Numbered from the stretch's first letter, positions 29,600 to 39,287 are shown. The stretch is DNA of 64,000 nt from Candidatus Poribacteria bacterium (GCA_963665845.2 OY762492.1:160001-224000), one strand, 5' to 3'. Numbers and translations: made by a program. Notes: generated by a model not told the origin, from the sequence alone.

Positions 29600-32125
29600 T
29601 CAACGGGCGCGGGCGCGTTCTTTTGCGCCGCGCAGGCGGGCGAAGAGGGGCGGTTCCTCCACAAACGCTTCCGGCGAAGAATACGGCGCCTGCTCCGCTG
29701 CAGCGCGCTTTCGGGAGGGCAGGCGCAGCTTGCGCAGTATCCATTCAACCGCCATGAGCGTCAGCGCGCCGAGGAGCAGCCAAGTGGACAGGGAACGCGG
29801 CTCTTTGTCCGGCGGAAGAATCCAATCGCCCAGTTTGGAGGCCGTCGTTCCGCCGGTCGCGTCGGACAGCGCCTTGAGCAGGTTCATGTCGGGCGGGATG
29901 AGCGTCTCCGCATTTCCGTCGTAATGGACGCGGCGGAGAATCGTTTGACCGCCCAAGGGGCCGGCGGAAACGGCGTACGCGCCCGCCGGCCCGAGACGGC
30001 CGCGTCCAACAAACCCGTTCCCCTCTCTCTTCATCTCTATCGAGGCGCGCCTGCCGGTCGGGTCGACCGCCTCGGCGGAGAAACGGCTTGGGGTCTCCGC
30101 TTCGTTTGGGAATTCCGCTCTGATTGTCAGGGCGGAGCCGACCGTTTCGATGCTCAGGTCGTACTCCGCTCCCGTTTCTGCGGAGGGCGCCGTCCAGCGC
30201 AGCCATGAGCGCCAGCGGTTCGCATAGCCTTCGGACGCAGCCCAGTCGGTCGTCCATCGGTTTCCGCTGTCCGAGAGGAACGCGAGCGCGCGCCCCAGCC
30301 CGTATCGCCCTCCGACGAGAAGCGGGTCGCCCTCTTGCGCCTTTAAAAAAACGGCGGCGGTAGATTTCGCCTCGGCGGAAACATACCCGTCTATCGTCAG
30401 CTCAAGCGCCTCCGCGAGCGCGGATGGAAACGGGGCGGACGCTTCCGTTTTTTGTTGAATGATCAGTTCGCCAGTCTGCGCCGTCTCTCTGACAAACACA
30501 TCCGGCAGGTCCGAGGCGTCTTTGAGCGGGTAAAACGCTCCTCCGCCGAGACGGGACGCCTCCTCCAATCCGACGCGCGCGTCAGCGCCGACAGCGGCGG
30601 CAGAGACGGTCATGCCCGCCTCAAACATTCGCCGCGCCGTTTCGGACGGATCGGTTGTGGAGTGTCCGTCCGAGAAGATGACTGCATGTTTGCGCGGCGC
30701 GTCCGCCTTTTGCAGCAGATCGTAGGCGGCTTGAAGCCCCGCCGCCAGATCGGTGCCGCCGCCTGGCGAGAGTTCCGTCAGCCGTTCGATTCGCGTTCCG
30801 CGCTTTCCCGCTTCGATGAGCGGAACGGCCGTTTGCGGCTTCGCATCGAAGACGATGACGGCCACCTTGTCTTTCGGGTGAAGGGCGCGCGCCGCCGCTT
30901 CCGCCGCTCTCACGGCGAGCGTCCATTTGGATCGGCGCGCGGCGCTGCCCGACTTGTCAAGCAGGAGAACGAGCGCGAGCGGCTTGCGCTTGTCAGGGGG
31001 AGTCATCATTACGGGAGCCGCTTTCTCCAGCGCCGTTTGCGTCCATTTTCCGGCGCCGAAGCTGTTCGGTCCGCCGACCGCGAGCCATCCTCCCCCGTTT
31101 TCAACCCAAGCGCGAAACGACTCCATCCATTCAAACGAAAGCGATTCGGCGGAAACGTTGTCGAACACGGCGGCGTCGTACTCCTGTAGACGCAGACCTG
31201 ACGAATCCAGCGCGTCGGCTTCTATCTCCCGCCATTCGATGGACGGGTCGGCGACGAGCGCCGACCATGCCGCCGTCCGTTCGGATCCTCCATGTACATA
31301 GAGCGCTTTTAATTTGCCGTCGATCTGAACATAGGCGGCGGAACGCGCCTCCTCTCCGCTTGACAGGCGTATCGTCGCGGCGACATGTTTTTCGCCGCTG
31401 GATTCAGCTGTGAACAAAAAACCGTGCGAAGAATAGCCCGCCTCTAACTGCAGACGGCGGCGCATGACAAGTTTTCCGTCCAGATATGCTGTCAATTCCG
31501 CTTCGCCGCTTGTCTCGCTTTCAACCGCGATTCTCCCTCCGACGGAGCCGACGGGAGCGGACGGCGGGAGGCGCAGCTCGCGGATGCGCAGCGGGGGCGG
31601 CTTTGCGCTGTCGAACGGCGCGGCAAAGACGGAGACGCCCTCCGCTTGTAAACGGGGGATCATCGCGCGCGCGTTTCCATAGGTTTCCGCGCCGTCCGAG
31701 AAGAGCAGGATGCGTCCGCGTTCAGAGGCGCGGAGCGTATCCGCCGCGTAAGCGAGCGCGCCTTCGATGTCGGTTGAGGAGGGATCCAGCGTCCGCGCGT
31801 CGGTTCCCAACGCGGCGCGCTTGGCAAAACGTATAAACCGTACCCGTTTGTCGTTCGACAACCGCTCCATGTCGTTTCGCTGCTGTTCGTTCGGGGCGGC
31901 GCTGTCGGAGGCGTCCATGAGCGCGGCGACGGTCGGGCGTCCGCCGGGGCGCAGGGCGGCAGGTTCGATGAGCGCGGCGCAGATGAGCAGGCAGGCGGAG
32001 AAGCGCAGGGCGGTTCCAAAACGCCCCGCCGTTTTTCGCCGTATGCTCCATAACGCGAAGACGGCAAACGCCAGCGCCAGCGCGGACGACGCCATGTACC
32101 AAAAAAAGGTGGATTGAATACCCAT
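29600..32125 (-). CDS. Membrane protein with two vWA domains and a glutamine amidotransferase-like domain
   Basis: N- and C-terminal TMs; MIDAS motifs DASDS...SDG and DKSGS...GGT...SDG; GGGWLAVGGPNSFGAG and YGLGRALAF. Confidence 0.82.
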   Translation of the reverse strand: MGIQSTFFWYMASSALALAFAVFALWSIRRKTAGRFGTALRFSACLLICAALIEPAALRPGGRPTVAALMDASDSAAPNEQQRNDMERLSNDKRVRFIRFAKRAALGTDARTLDPSSTDIEGALAYAADTLRASERGRILLFSDGAETYGNARAMIPRLQAEGVSVFAAPFDSAKPPPLRIRELRLPPSAPVGSVGGRIAVESETSGEAELTAYLDGKLVMRRRLQLEAGYSSHGFLFTAESSGEKHVAATIRLSSGEEARSAAYVQIDGKLKALYVHGGSERTAAWSALVADPSIEWREIEADALDSSGLRLQEYDAAVFDNVSAESLSFEWMESFRAWVENGGGWLAVGGPNSFGAGKWTQTALEKAAPVMMTPPDKRKPLALVLLLDKSGSAARRSKWTLAVRAAEAAARALHPKDKVAVIVFDAKPQTAVPLIEAGKRGTRIERLTELSPGGGTDLAAGLQAAYDLLQKADAPRKHAVIFSDGHSTTDPSETARRMFEAGMTVSAAAVGADARVGLEEASRLGGGAFYPLKDASDLPDVFVRETAQTGELIIQQKTEASAPFPSALAEALELTIDGYVSAEAKSTAAVFLKAQEGDPLLVGGRYGLGRALAFLSDSGNRWTTDWAASEGYANRWRSWLRWTAPSAETGAEYDLSIETVGSALTIRAEFPNEAETPSRFSAEAVDPTGRRASIEMKREGNGFVGRGRLGPAGAYAVSAGPLGGQTILRRVHYDGNAETLIPPDMNLLKALSDATGGTTASKLGDWILPPDKEPRSLSTWLLLGALTLMAVEWILRKLRLPSRKRAAAEQAPYSSPEAFVEEPPLFARLRGAKERARAR

Positions 32126-32129
32126 ATGC

Positions 32130-32137
32130 AGTATAAT
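32130..32137. promoter_or_regulatory. Overlapping divergent -10 hexamers (TATAAT on +, TATACT on -)
   Basis: AGTATAAT lies between divergent genes; no clear -35 elements. Confidence 0.4.
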
Positions 32138-32208
32138 GGCGCTAATCTTCAGAGAACGGAACCGAAGACGCTGTCTAAACGCAGGGAGAAACGGAGCGCG
32201 CGCCGCAT

Positions 32209-33411
32209 ATGAGAAACTTTCAACCAGAATCTGTTCAGCCGCCCGGATCCAACGGCGTATGCCCGAAGCGGATCGGGCGTCTGGACGGGGTGTTTCAAAA
32301 GCATATCGATGACGGGGAGATGTCCGGGGCGTCGGTCATCATTGTTCGGAACGGGCAAACCGCCCATCTCAAAACGTACGGGCTGGCGGACATGGAGACG
32401 GGGCGCGCCGTTGAGATCGATACGCTTTTTCGCATCGCGTCCATGACGAAGCCTGTCACCAGCTTTGCGGTTTTGCAGATGGTTGAAGAAGGGAAGGCGC
32501 TGCTGAACGACCCGATCGAAGCGTACCTGCCCGAATTCAAAAACGGGAAAGTTCTTGAGGAGATTCCCGACTCCTCGGACGCCTTCAGGCTGGCGGATGT
32601 GAAAAGCCCGATGACGATACGGCATCTGTTGACGCACACGTCGGGTCTCTGTTACGGCGGAAGCGAGCCGTTGACCGCCTTTTACCGCGTCGCCAACGTC
32701 ACGGGCGGCTTTGAAGGTTTTGAAACGCTGGAGCGCGCGATGCCGCGCCTCGGCAACATGCCGCTGCAGTTTCATCCAGGCGAAGGGTGGGCGTACGGCT
32801 ACTCGACAGACGTTCTGGGCAGGCTGGTAGAGGTCGTGTCGGGAATGGAGCTGGATGAGTATTTCAGGACGCGGTTTTTTGAGCCGCTGCAGATGAACGA
32901 CACCCACTTTCGTCTTCCGCCCGGCAAGGAGAAGCGTCTCGCGCAGGTTTATACGACGACGGAGGACGGAAGCCTGCAGTTTTATCCGGCGCAATATCCG
33001 TACGAACCGCCGCAGTTGTACCTCTCCGGCGGGGCGGGCCTCTCGTCTACGCTGCTGGATTACGCGCGCTTTTTACAGATGACGCTGAACGGCGGCGAGC
33101 TGGACGGGGAGCGCGTCTTGAGTCCGCGGTCCATTGAGCTGGCGCTGGAGAACCACATCGGCGAACTGACGCCCATGGGCGGTCCTGGGTTCAAGTTTGG
33201 GCTGGGATTTCAGATACATGCCGACCCTGGACAGTCGGGCATGCCGTCCAGCAAGGGGGCGTATGAATGGGGCGGGTATTGGCACACGACGTTTTGGGTC
33301 GATCCTGTCAAGCAGCTGATTGTCATCAAAATGTCGCAGATCTACCCGTCCGACCATCTGGACGATCACCCGAAGCTGCGCTACTTGATCTACCAGGCTT
33401 TGCTGGATTGA
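32209..33411 (+). CDS. Serine hydrolase, beta-lactamase/family VIII esterase-like (copy 1)
   Basis: SMTK (SxxK), LLTHTSG, WAYGYS and EWGG motifs; no signal peptide. Confidence 0.9.
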   Translation: MRNFQPESVQPPGSNGVCPKRIGRLDGVFQKHIDDGEMSGASVIIVRNGQTAHLKTYGLADMETGRAVEIDTLFRIASMTKPVTSFAVLQMVEEGKALLNDPIEAYLPEFKNGKVLEEIPDSSDAFRLADVKSPMTIRHLLTHTSGLCYGGSEPLTAFYRVANVTGGFEGFETLERAMPRLGNMPLQFHPGEGWAYGYSTDVLGRLVEVVSGMELDEYFRTRFFEPLQMNDTHFRLPPGKEKRLAQVYTTTEDGSLQFYPAQYPYEPPQLYLSGGAGLSSTLLDYARFLQMTLNGGELDGERVLSPRSIELALENHIGELTPMGGPGFKFGLGFQIHADPGQSGMPSSKGAYEWGGYWHTTFWVDPVKQLIVIKMSQIYPSDHLDDHPKLRYLIYQALLD

Positions 33412-33489
33412 CCGGCGGATTCGTCTTTGCGCGCGCCGCGCGCTATACTTTGAAAGCAGCCGCGATGAACAGCGCAAGGAGAGGTTGAT

Positions 33490-34752
33490 ATGCCATCGAC
33501 GTTTGATCCTGGACTTGTCGCGTCGGCAGAATCTGCCGGCTTCTGCCCGAAACGCCTTCAGCGTCTGGACGACTTTTACCAGAGCTACATCGACGAGGGG
33601 AAGTTGGCGGGCGCGTCTGTCCTGATGGCGCGCCATTCGAGCGTCGCGCATCTCGCCACATACGGCATGGCGGATATGGAGAAGGGGCGCCCAATCGCTG
33701 AAGACACGATTTTTCGCATAGCCTCCATGACGAAGCCTGTTACGAGCCTCGCCGTCTTGCAGCTGGCGGAGGAGGGGCGGATTCTTTTGAACGATCCGGT
33801 TGAAGCGTATCTGCCCGAGTTCAAAAACGGCAAAGTTCTTGAGGAGGTTCCCGACTCCTCGGACGGCTTCAGGCTGGTGGATGTAAAGCGGCCGATGACG
33901 ATACGGCATCTGTTGACGCACACCTCCGGTTTGGCTTTCAAAGACAATATTAGTGATGAATCGCTCGGCGCCTTTTATCAAACTCTGCATCGCTTTTATC
34001 AGATTAGCGAAGTAGATTCCGGGGTATTTTTATCTGAAACGCTTGAGCGTTATGTGTCGCGCGTCGGGAAGCTGCCGCTTGCATTTCATCCAGGCGACCG
34101 GTGGAGATACGGGCTTTCTACCGAAGTTCTGGGGCGTTTGATTGAGGTTGTTTCTGGTATGACGCTTGATCAGTATCTCAAGGCGCGCCTCTTTGACCTG
34201 CTCCAGATGAACGACGCGTGTTTTCGACTTCCGCCTGAAAAGATGGATCGGTTTGCGACGCTATACACCGCGGGGGAGGACGGAAGTTTGCAGCCCGACC
34301 GGCATCCTGTCATTCAAAAGCGGTTTCTTCCATCGATGCAGTATCTTTCCGGCGGGGGCGGTCTCGTCTCCACAATTACGGATTACGCCCGGTTTTTACA
34401 GATGACGCTGAACGGCGGAGAGCTGAACGGCGAGCGTGTCTTGAGTCCGCGCTCTATTGAGCTTGCGACCGCCAACCATATTGGCGATTTAGACATGGCG
34501 CCCCCTGCGACAGGTCCAGGGTACAAGTTTGGGCTTGGCTTCCAAATACATACCGATCCCGGACTTTCCGGCAGCCCGAAAAGCGTTGGGACTTACGAAT
34601 GGGGCGGGATTTTTCATACGATATTTTGGGTTGATCCTGTCAAGCATCTGTTCGTCGTCAAAATGTCGCAGTTCTCTTGGAACCAAAATTGGCCCTATCC
34701 GGAGGATCAACTGAAGCTGCCTAATTTGATTTATCAGGCTCTGCTGGATTGA
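33490..34752 (+). CDS. Serine hydrolase, beta-lactamase-like (copy 2)
   Basis: SMTK, LLTHTSG, WRYGLS and EWGG motifs; AAGGAGAGG RBS. Confidence 0.9.
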   Translation: MPSTFDPGLVASAESAGFCPKRLQRLDDFYQSYIDEGKLAGASVLMARHSSVAHLATYGMADMEKGRPIAEDTIFRIASMTKPVTSLAVLQLAEEGRILLNDPVEAYLPEFKNGKVLEEVPDSSDGFRLVDVKRPMTIRHLLTHTSGLAFKDNISDESLGAFYQTLHRFYQISEVDSGVFLSETLERYVSRVGKLPLAFHPGDRWRYGLSTEVLGRLIEVVSGMTLDQYLKARLFDLLQMNDACFRLPPEKMDRFATLYTAGEDGSLQPDRHPVIQKRFLPSMQYLSGGGGLVSTITDYARFLQMTLNGGELNGERVLSPRSIELATANHIGDLDMAPPATGPGYKFGLGFQIHTDPGLSGSPKSVGTYEWGGIFHTIFWVDPVKHLFVVKMSQFSWNQNWPYPEDQLKLPNLIYQALLD

Positions 34753-34778
34753 CCAACGGCGAAGAAGGAGAGATTGCT

Positions 34779-36056
34779 ATGCCATCCGCGTTTGATCCTG
34801 GACTTGTCGCGTCGGCAGAATCTGCCGGCTTCTGCCCGAAGCGTCTTCAGCGTCTGGACGATTTTTATCAGAGCTACATTGACGAAGGCAAATTAGCGGG
34901 CGCGTCTGTCCTGATTGCGCGCCATTCGAGCGTCGCGCATCTTGCGACGTACGGCATGGCGGATATGGAGAAGAACCGCCCGATCGCTGAAGACACGATC
35001 TTTCGCATCGCCTCCATGACGAAGCCCGTTACGAGCCTCGCCGTCTTGCAGCTGGCGGAGGAGGGGCGGATTCTTTTGAACGATCCGGTTGAAGCGTATC
35101 TGCCCGAATTCAAAAACGGTAAAGTTCTTGAGGAGGTACCGGACTCCTCGGACAGCTTCAGGCTGGTGGATGTGAAGCGTCCGATGACGATACGGCATCT
35201 GTTGACGCACACCTCCGGCTTGACCTACGACGCTTATCTTTTTGATGAATCGCTCGGCGCCTTTTATCAAACTCTGCGCCGCTTTTACCAGATCGCCGAT
35301 CTTTACTGCGGCGTTGGGGGTTTTGAAACGCTTGAGCGCGTCGCTCCGCGTATCGGCAAGCTGCCGCTTGAATTTCATCCTGGCGACCGGTGGGGATACG
35401 GGTTTTCTATCGATGTTCTGGGACGTCTGATTGAGGTCGTTTCTGGAATGACGCTTGATCAGTATTTCAAGACGCGCATCTTTGAGCCGCTTCAGATGGA
35501 CGACACCGATTTTCGACTTCCTCCCGAAAAAGTTGATCGGCTCGCGACTCTCTATACAACGGGGGAGGACGGAAGCCTCGAACTGCACCATGATCCTTAT
35601 GTACCAGAACCGTATGATCCTTCGCTCCAGTTCCTTGCAGGCGGGGGCGGCCTCGTTTCCACGATTACGGACTACGCCCGCTTTTTACAGATGACGCTGA
35701 ACGGCGGCGAGCTGAACGGACAGCGGATATTAAGCCCGCGCTCCATTGAGTTGGCGCTGCAGAACCATATCGGCGATCTGAAGACCATTTACCCAGGGTT
35801 CAAGTTTGGGCTTGGCTTCGGAATTCATACAGACCCCGGACTTTCCGGCAGCCCGAAAAGCGTTGGGTCTTACGACTGGGAAGGAATTTTTCATACGAGT
35901 TTTTGGGTTGATCCTCTGAAGCAGCTGTTCGTTATTCAGATGTCGCAGATCGCTTCGACCTTCCATATGGACGATCTACAGAAGCTGAGAAATTGGCCCT
36001 GGCCGGACGATCGGCTGAAGCTGCCCGATTTGGTCTATCAGGCTCTGCTGGATTGA
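34779..36056 (+). CDS. Serine hydrolase, beta-lactamase-like (copy 3)
   Basis: Start MPSAFDPG after AAGGAG; SMTK, LLTHTSG, WGYGFS and DWEG motifs. Confidence 0.9.
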   Translation: MPSAFDPGLVASAESAGFCPKRLQRLDDFYQSYIDEGKLAGASVLIARHSSVAHLATYGMADMEKNRPIAEDTIFRIASMTKPVTSLAVLQLAEEGRILLNDPVEAYLPEFKNGKVLEEVPDSSDSFRLVDVKRPMTIRHLLTHTSGLTYDAYLFDESLGAFYQTLRRFYQIADLYCGVGGFETLERVAPRIGKLPLEFHPGDRWGYGFSIDVLGRLIEVVSGMTLDQYFKTRIFEPLQMDDTDFRLPPEKVDRLATLYTTGEDGSLELHHDPYVPEPYDPSLQFLAGGGGLVSTITDYARFLQMTLNGGELNGQRILSPRSIELALQNHIGDLKTIYPGFKFGLGFGIHTDPGLSGSPKSVGSYDWEGIFHTSFWVDPLKQLFVIQMSQIASTFHMDDLQKLRNWPWPDDRLKLPDLVYQALLD

Positions 36057-36219
36057 CCGGCGGCGGAGCGATAGAATCGAGCGCGATGAGGGGCGGGTTC
36101 TTCTTTTCGCATGCGCCGCAGCTTTCGTCCCCGCCGCGTATGAGCGCGCGCGCCAGATAAAGCGCCGCGCCCAGCGCAATCAAAACAGCGGCGGCGTCCT
36201 GCCACACGTCTTGCCACAT
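35932..36219 (-). CDS. FeoB-associated Cys-rich membrane protein (3' end overlaps hydrolase copy 3)
   Basis: Lies directly downstream of feoB with a GAGGGGAG RBS; a TM helix is followed by SCGAC. Confidence 0.6.
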   Translation of the reverse strand: MWQDVWQDAAAVLIALGAALYLARALIRGGDESCGACEKKNPPLIALDSIAPPPVNPAEPDRPNRAASADRPARANFSASVDRPYGRSKRSATSE

Positions 36220-36234
36220 TGGAAATCTCCCCTC

Positions 36235-38379
36235 TTAGACGAACGCGGCGACAGCGGCCCGACCCGCCCATGCGCACCCGTATGCCAGAATGAACATATA
36301 AACCCAAGCGAACGCCGGCCAACGCCATGAATTCGTCTCGCGCCGCATGATCGCCACCGTGGAGACGCACTGCAGCGCGAACACATAAAACAGCAGCAGC
36401 GCGACCGCCGTCGGCAGCGTGTAGATCGGTTCGCCTTTTTGATCGCCCGATTCCCAGACGGCGCCTTTGAGCCGGTCTTGAAGCGAGCTGGCGTCGTCGT
36501 CCGCTTCTCCGACGCCGTAGAGCGTTCCCATCGCGCCGACAAACACCTCGCGCGCCGCAAAGGAAGCGATCACGCCAACGCCGATGCGCCAGTCAAAGCC
36601 GAGGGGGCGCAGCGCCGGTTCCGTCCATCGTCCGAGTCGGGCGGCGAAGCTGTTCTCGACCGCCGCCGCAGCGCGCTCATTTTCGATTTCAGCCTCTTCC
36701 AGTTCGTTTGCCGCCGATTCGATGCGCGTTTCATACGCCGCTAGGTCGTCCGCCGGCAGTTTCGGATAAGACGCCATGAACCAGAGTACGATAGTCGCCG
36801 CGAGGATCATTCCGCCCGCCCGTTTGATGAATTCGCCGGAGCGGTCCCACAGCCGAAAGAAAAGCGTTCGCCAGTTCGGCAGGCGGTACGGCGGCAGCTC
36901 CAAGATGAGCGGCGCCGCTTCTCCGCGCAGGAGCGTTTTTTTGAAAAGGAACGCCATCGCCATCGCCGCAACGACGCCCAGCAGGTATAAGCCTGTCAAC
37001 GAGAGCGATTTGACCCACGCGCCGCCGGGGATGAACGCCGCGATGATCAGCGCGTAGACAGGCAGCCGCGCGCTGCATGCCATCAACGGCGCGACCAGTA
37101 TCGTGGCGAGCCTGTCCTTCGGCTCGCTGATGGTGCGCGTCGCCATGATGCCCGGTATGGCGCAGGCGAAGGAGCTGAGCAGCGGGATAAAGGCGTTGCC
37201 GTGAAGACCCATGCCGCGCATGAATCTGTCCATCATGAACGCGGCGCGCGCCATGTAGCCGGTGTCTTCAAGCAGACCGATAAAGAAAAAGAGGAAAAGT
37301 ATCTGCGGGAGAAAGATGATGACGGAGCCGACTCCCGCGATGACCCCGTCCACAATCAAGCCGCGCAGGGCGCCTTCGGGCATCCATCCGCCGACCAGCG
37401 CGCCGAGAGCCGACACGCCCGCGTCGATCCAGTCCATCGGTATAGACGCCCAGGAGAAAACGGCTTGAAAGGCGAGCAGCGCCGTGGCGAGAAGTATCAA
37501 GGGTCCGAGGACGCGGTGCGTCAAAACAGAATCGATGCGGTCGCTTCTTGAAAGAAGCGCGTTTTCAGAGCGTCCAACCGCTTTTGCGGTGACGGAACGT
37601 ATCCATTGGTGGCGCGCCTGCGCCTCAAAGGTTTCAGGCGTGTGTCCATTTTGGGAGAGCGCGCTGCGCGCTTCGGCGACCGCTTCAGCCGCTGCATCGC
37701 TTGGCGGGGTCGAGTCGGAGTCTCCGCCTGCGACAAGCCTCACCGCTTCCGAATCCAGCTCGGCGTCGGAGGCGTCTTGATGGACGCGCCCTAGGGCGAG
37801 CGACACATAGGAGAGCGCCGCTTCGCTCTCATCGTCTAGACGCCATGGGCGCATCGGCGGTTCGGAGGCGCCGTTTTCCGTTGCCGCTTTCAGCTCTTCG
37901 ATGCCTTCGCCGCGCGTCGCGACCATCGGCACGACAGGCGCGCCAAGCCGCTCCGCAAGTATCTCCGCGTCAATCCGCGCGCCCGCCGTCTCCGCCTGAT
38001 CCATCATATTGAGCGCGATGACAGACGGGACGCCCATGTTGAGTATCTGCGTCGCAAGATACAGGTTTCGGTCCAGGTTGCTGGCGTCTACGACGATGAT
38101 CGCTAGGTTCGGTTTCGGCAGGTCCTCCATTTCGCCGCAGAGAACTTTGCGCGCGATCATCTCTTCTGGAGAGCGGGCGGTGAGGCTGTAGGCGCCGGGC
38201 AGGTCGATCAGGTTCCATTCGGCGCCGTTCGTTTCAAAGACGCCTGTTTTGCGTTCCACGGTGACGCCGGCGTAGTTGCCGACCTTTTGACGCAGACCAG
38301 TGAGGGCGTTGAAAAGCGTTGTTTTGCCGGAGTTCGGGTTTCCCGTCAGTACGGCAAGCGGCCGCTCGTCGGCGCTCAT
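36235..38379 (-). CDS. feoB: Ferrous iron transport protein B
   Basis: GNPNSGKT, VGNYAGVT, DLPG and NMMD GTPase motifs; gate motifs FACAIPG, MACSARLP and CVST; ATGA overlap with feoA. Confidence 0.95.
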   Translation of the reverse strand: MSADERPLAVLTGNPNSGKTTLFNALTGLRQKVGNYAGVTVERKTGVFETNGAEWNLIDLPGAYSLTARSPEEMIARKVLCGEMEDLPKPNLAIIVVDASNLDRNLYLATQILNMGVPSVIALNMMDQAETAGARIDAEILAERLGAPVVPMVATRGEGIEELKAATENGASEPPMRPWRLDDESEAALSYVSLALGRVHQDASDAELDSEAVRLVAGGDSDSTPPSDAAAEAVAEARSALSQNGHTPETFEAQARHQWIRSVTAKAVGRSENALLSRSDRIDSVLTHRVLGPLILLATALLAFQAVFSWASIPMDWIDAGVSALGALVGGWMPEGALRGLIVDGVIAGVGSVIIFLPQILFLFFFIGLLEDTGYMARAAFMMDRFMRGMGLHGNAFIPLLSSFACAIPGIMATRTISEPKDRLATILVAPLMACSARLPVYALIIAAFIPGGAWVKSLSLTGLYLLGVVAAMAMAFLFKKTLLRGEAAPLILELPPYRLPNWRTLFFRLWDRSGEFIKRAGGMILAATIVLWFMASYPKLPADDLAAYETRIESAANELEEAEIENERAAAAVENSFAARLGRWTEPALRPLGFDWRIGVGVIASFAAREVFVGAMGTLYGVGEADDDASSLQDRLKGAVWESGDQKGEPIYTLPTAVALLLFYVFALQCVSTVAIMRRETNSWRWPAFAWVYMFILAYGCAWAGRAAVAAFV

Positions 38380-38621
38380 GTTGATTCGTCCTCTCGAACG
38401 ACAAAGATGTTTTCCGCTTCCTGTTTTCGTATGGAAAGTCGGAATCCGTCGAGGGCAAGTTCGATGGGGTCTCCGAGGGGCGCCCGTTTGAGCGTTTGGA
38501 CGCGCTCGCCGGGGAACAGCCCGCGTTCCATGAGACGCAATCTCAATACGCCGCCTTCGATTCGCGCGATGACGCCGCTTTCCCCAGGCTTCAGGTCGGA
38601 CAGCGGGTGAACCTTCTTCAT
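38376..38621 (-). CDS. feoA: Ferrous iron transport protein A
   Basis: LSDLKPGE, RLMERGL.PG, APLGDPI and SIRKQEA motifs. Confidence 0.92.
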   Translation of the reverse strand: MKKVHPLSDLKPGESGVIARIEGGVLRLRLMERGLFPGERVQTLKRAPLGDPIELALDGFRLSIRKQEAENIFVVREDEST

Positions 38622-38935
38622 GCGTCTTGCTCCATCCAGAGATGTTGGGCGGTTTCATGGCTGATGCATAGTCTCGATTCGCCGATTCGGAGCGCGGCGG
38701 GGTCCGATTCGCGGCGCGAAATCAGCAGGTTGACAGGCATTCCCTCAACGAGGCCGAGTTCGCGCAGCCGTTTCATTTCAGGATTTGCGCAGCAGATGCG
38801 GGCGATCACGGCGCGCCCAGGTTTGCGCATGGCGACGAGCGGAAATTCGCCGGGGTTCGCTTCGCATTTGCCGCGTTCGCATGCCGCGCCGTTCTCTTTT
38901 TTACGGGCGATTTTCCGCCGTATCATCTGTCTCAT
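38618..38935 (-). CDS. feoA: Second FeoA-family protein with a Cys-containing N-terminal extension
   Basis: PLVAMRKPG...RLRELGLVEG...DPAALRIGESRLCI; GGAG RBS before the ATG at 38935; ATGA overlap with feoA. Confidence 0.75.
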   Translation of the reverse strand: MRQMIRRKIARKKENGAACERGKCEANPGEFPLVAMRKPGRAVIARICCANPEMKRLRELGLVEGMPVNLLISRRESDPAALRIGESRLCISHETAQHLWMEQDA

Positions 38936-38947
38936 ACCGCCGTCTCC

Positions 38948-38977
38948 GTTATTGATATTGAGACCCATTATCATAAC
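38948..38977 (-). promoter_or_regulatory. Fur-box-like operator of the feo operon
   Basis: AT-rich imperfect inverted repeat GTTATGATAATGGGTCTCAATATCAATAAC (minus strand), resembling GATAATGATAATCATTATC and lying just upstream of the RBS. Confidence 0.7.
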
Positions 38978-39044
38978 GCGCTCCGTATTAACGCGCCGTA
39001 ACTGAACGGCGCGCCGACTCGTTCTCACAGCGTATGTTTTGATT

Positions 39045-39073
39045 ATCATAACGGATCGCGCATGCCTTGTCAA
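39045..39073 (-). promoter_or_regulatory. Sigma70 promoter of the feo operon
   Basis: TTGACA-17 nt-TATGAT on the minus strand; the -10 overlaps a TGATAATC Fur half-site. Confidence 0.75.
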
Positions 39074-39248
39074 GCGAAAACGGGCTTTCAAGCCGCTTTT
39101 TTTCAAAAAAAGACGCTCATCTCCCCGTCAAGCGTTCATTTTAGTCGAAATCGAGGCGAGAATGCAAGGCATGAAACGCGCGTTCGCCAGGTTCTGGATA
39201 TCCGACCTCGCCCTTATGCGAATGCGGACAAGCGCCTGCGATGCCTAA

Positions 39249-39273
39249 GATTCCCGCTTACGCGGGAATGACG
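39249..39273 (-). repeat. Palindromic repeat family A
   Basis: GATTCCCGCTTACGCGGGAATGACG on the + strand, between divergent promoters. Confidence 0.9.
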
Positions 39274-39287
39274 AACCGGAAGTTGGT

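Noticed and set aside
32209-36056. Diversity-generating retroelement behind the variable patches
   Set aside because: There is no reverse transcriptase or template repeat in the window, and the differences include indels and are not adenine-specific.
32209-36056. Antibiotic-resistance beta-lactamase cluster
   Set aside because: The proteins have no signal peptides and carry WGG-type rather than KTG motifs, which fits cytoplasmic family VIII esterase-like hydrolases.
38380-38658. 93-aa N-terminal extension of FeoB in the ORF track
   Set aside because: It overlaps feoA in another frame. The real start is the ATG at 38379, coupled to the feoA stop.
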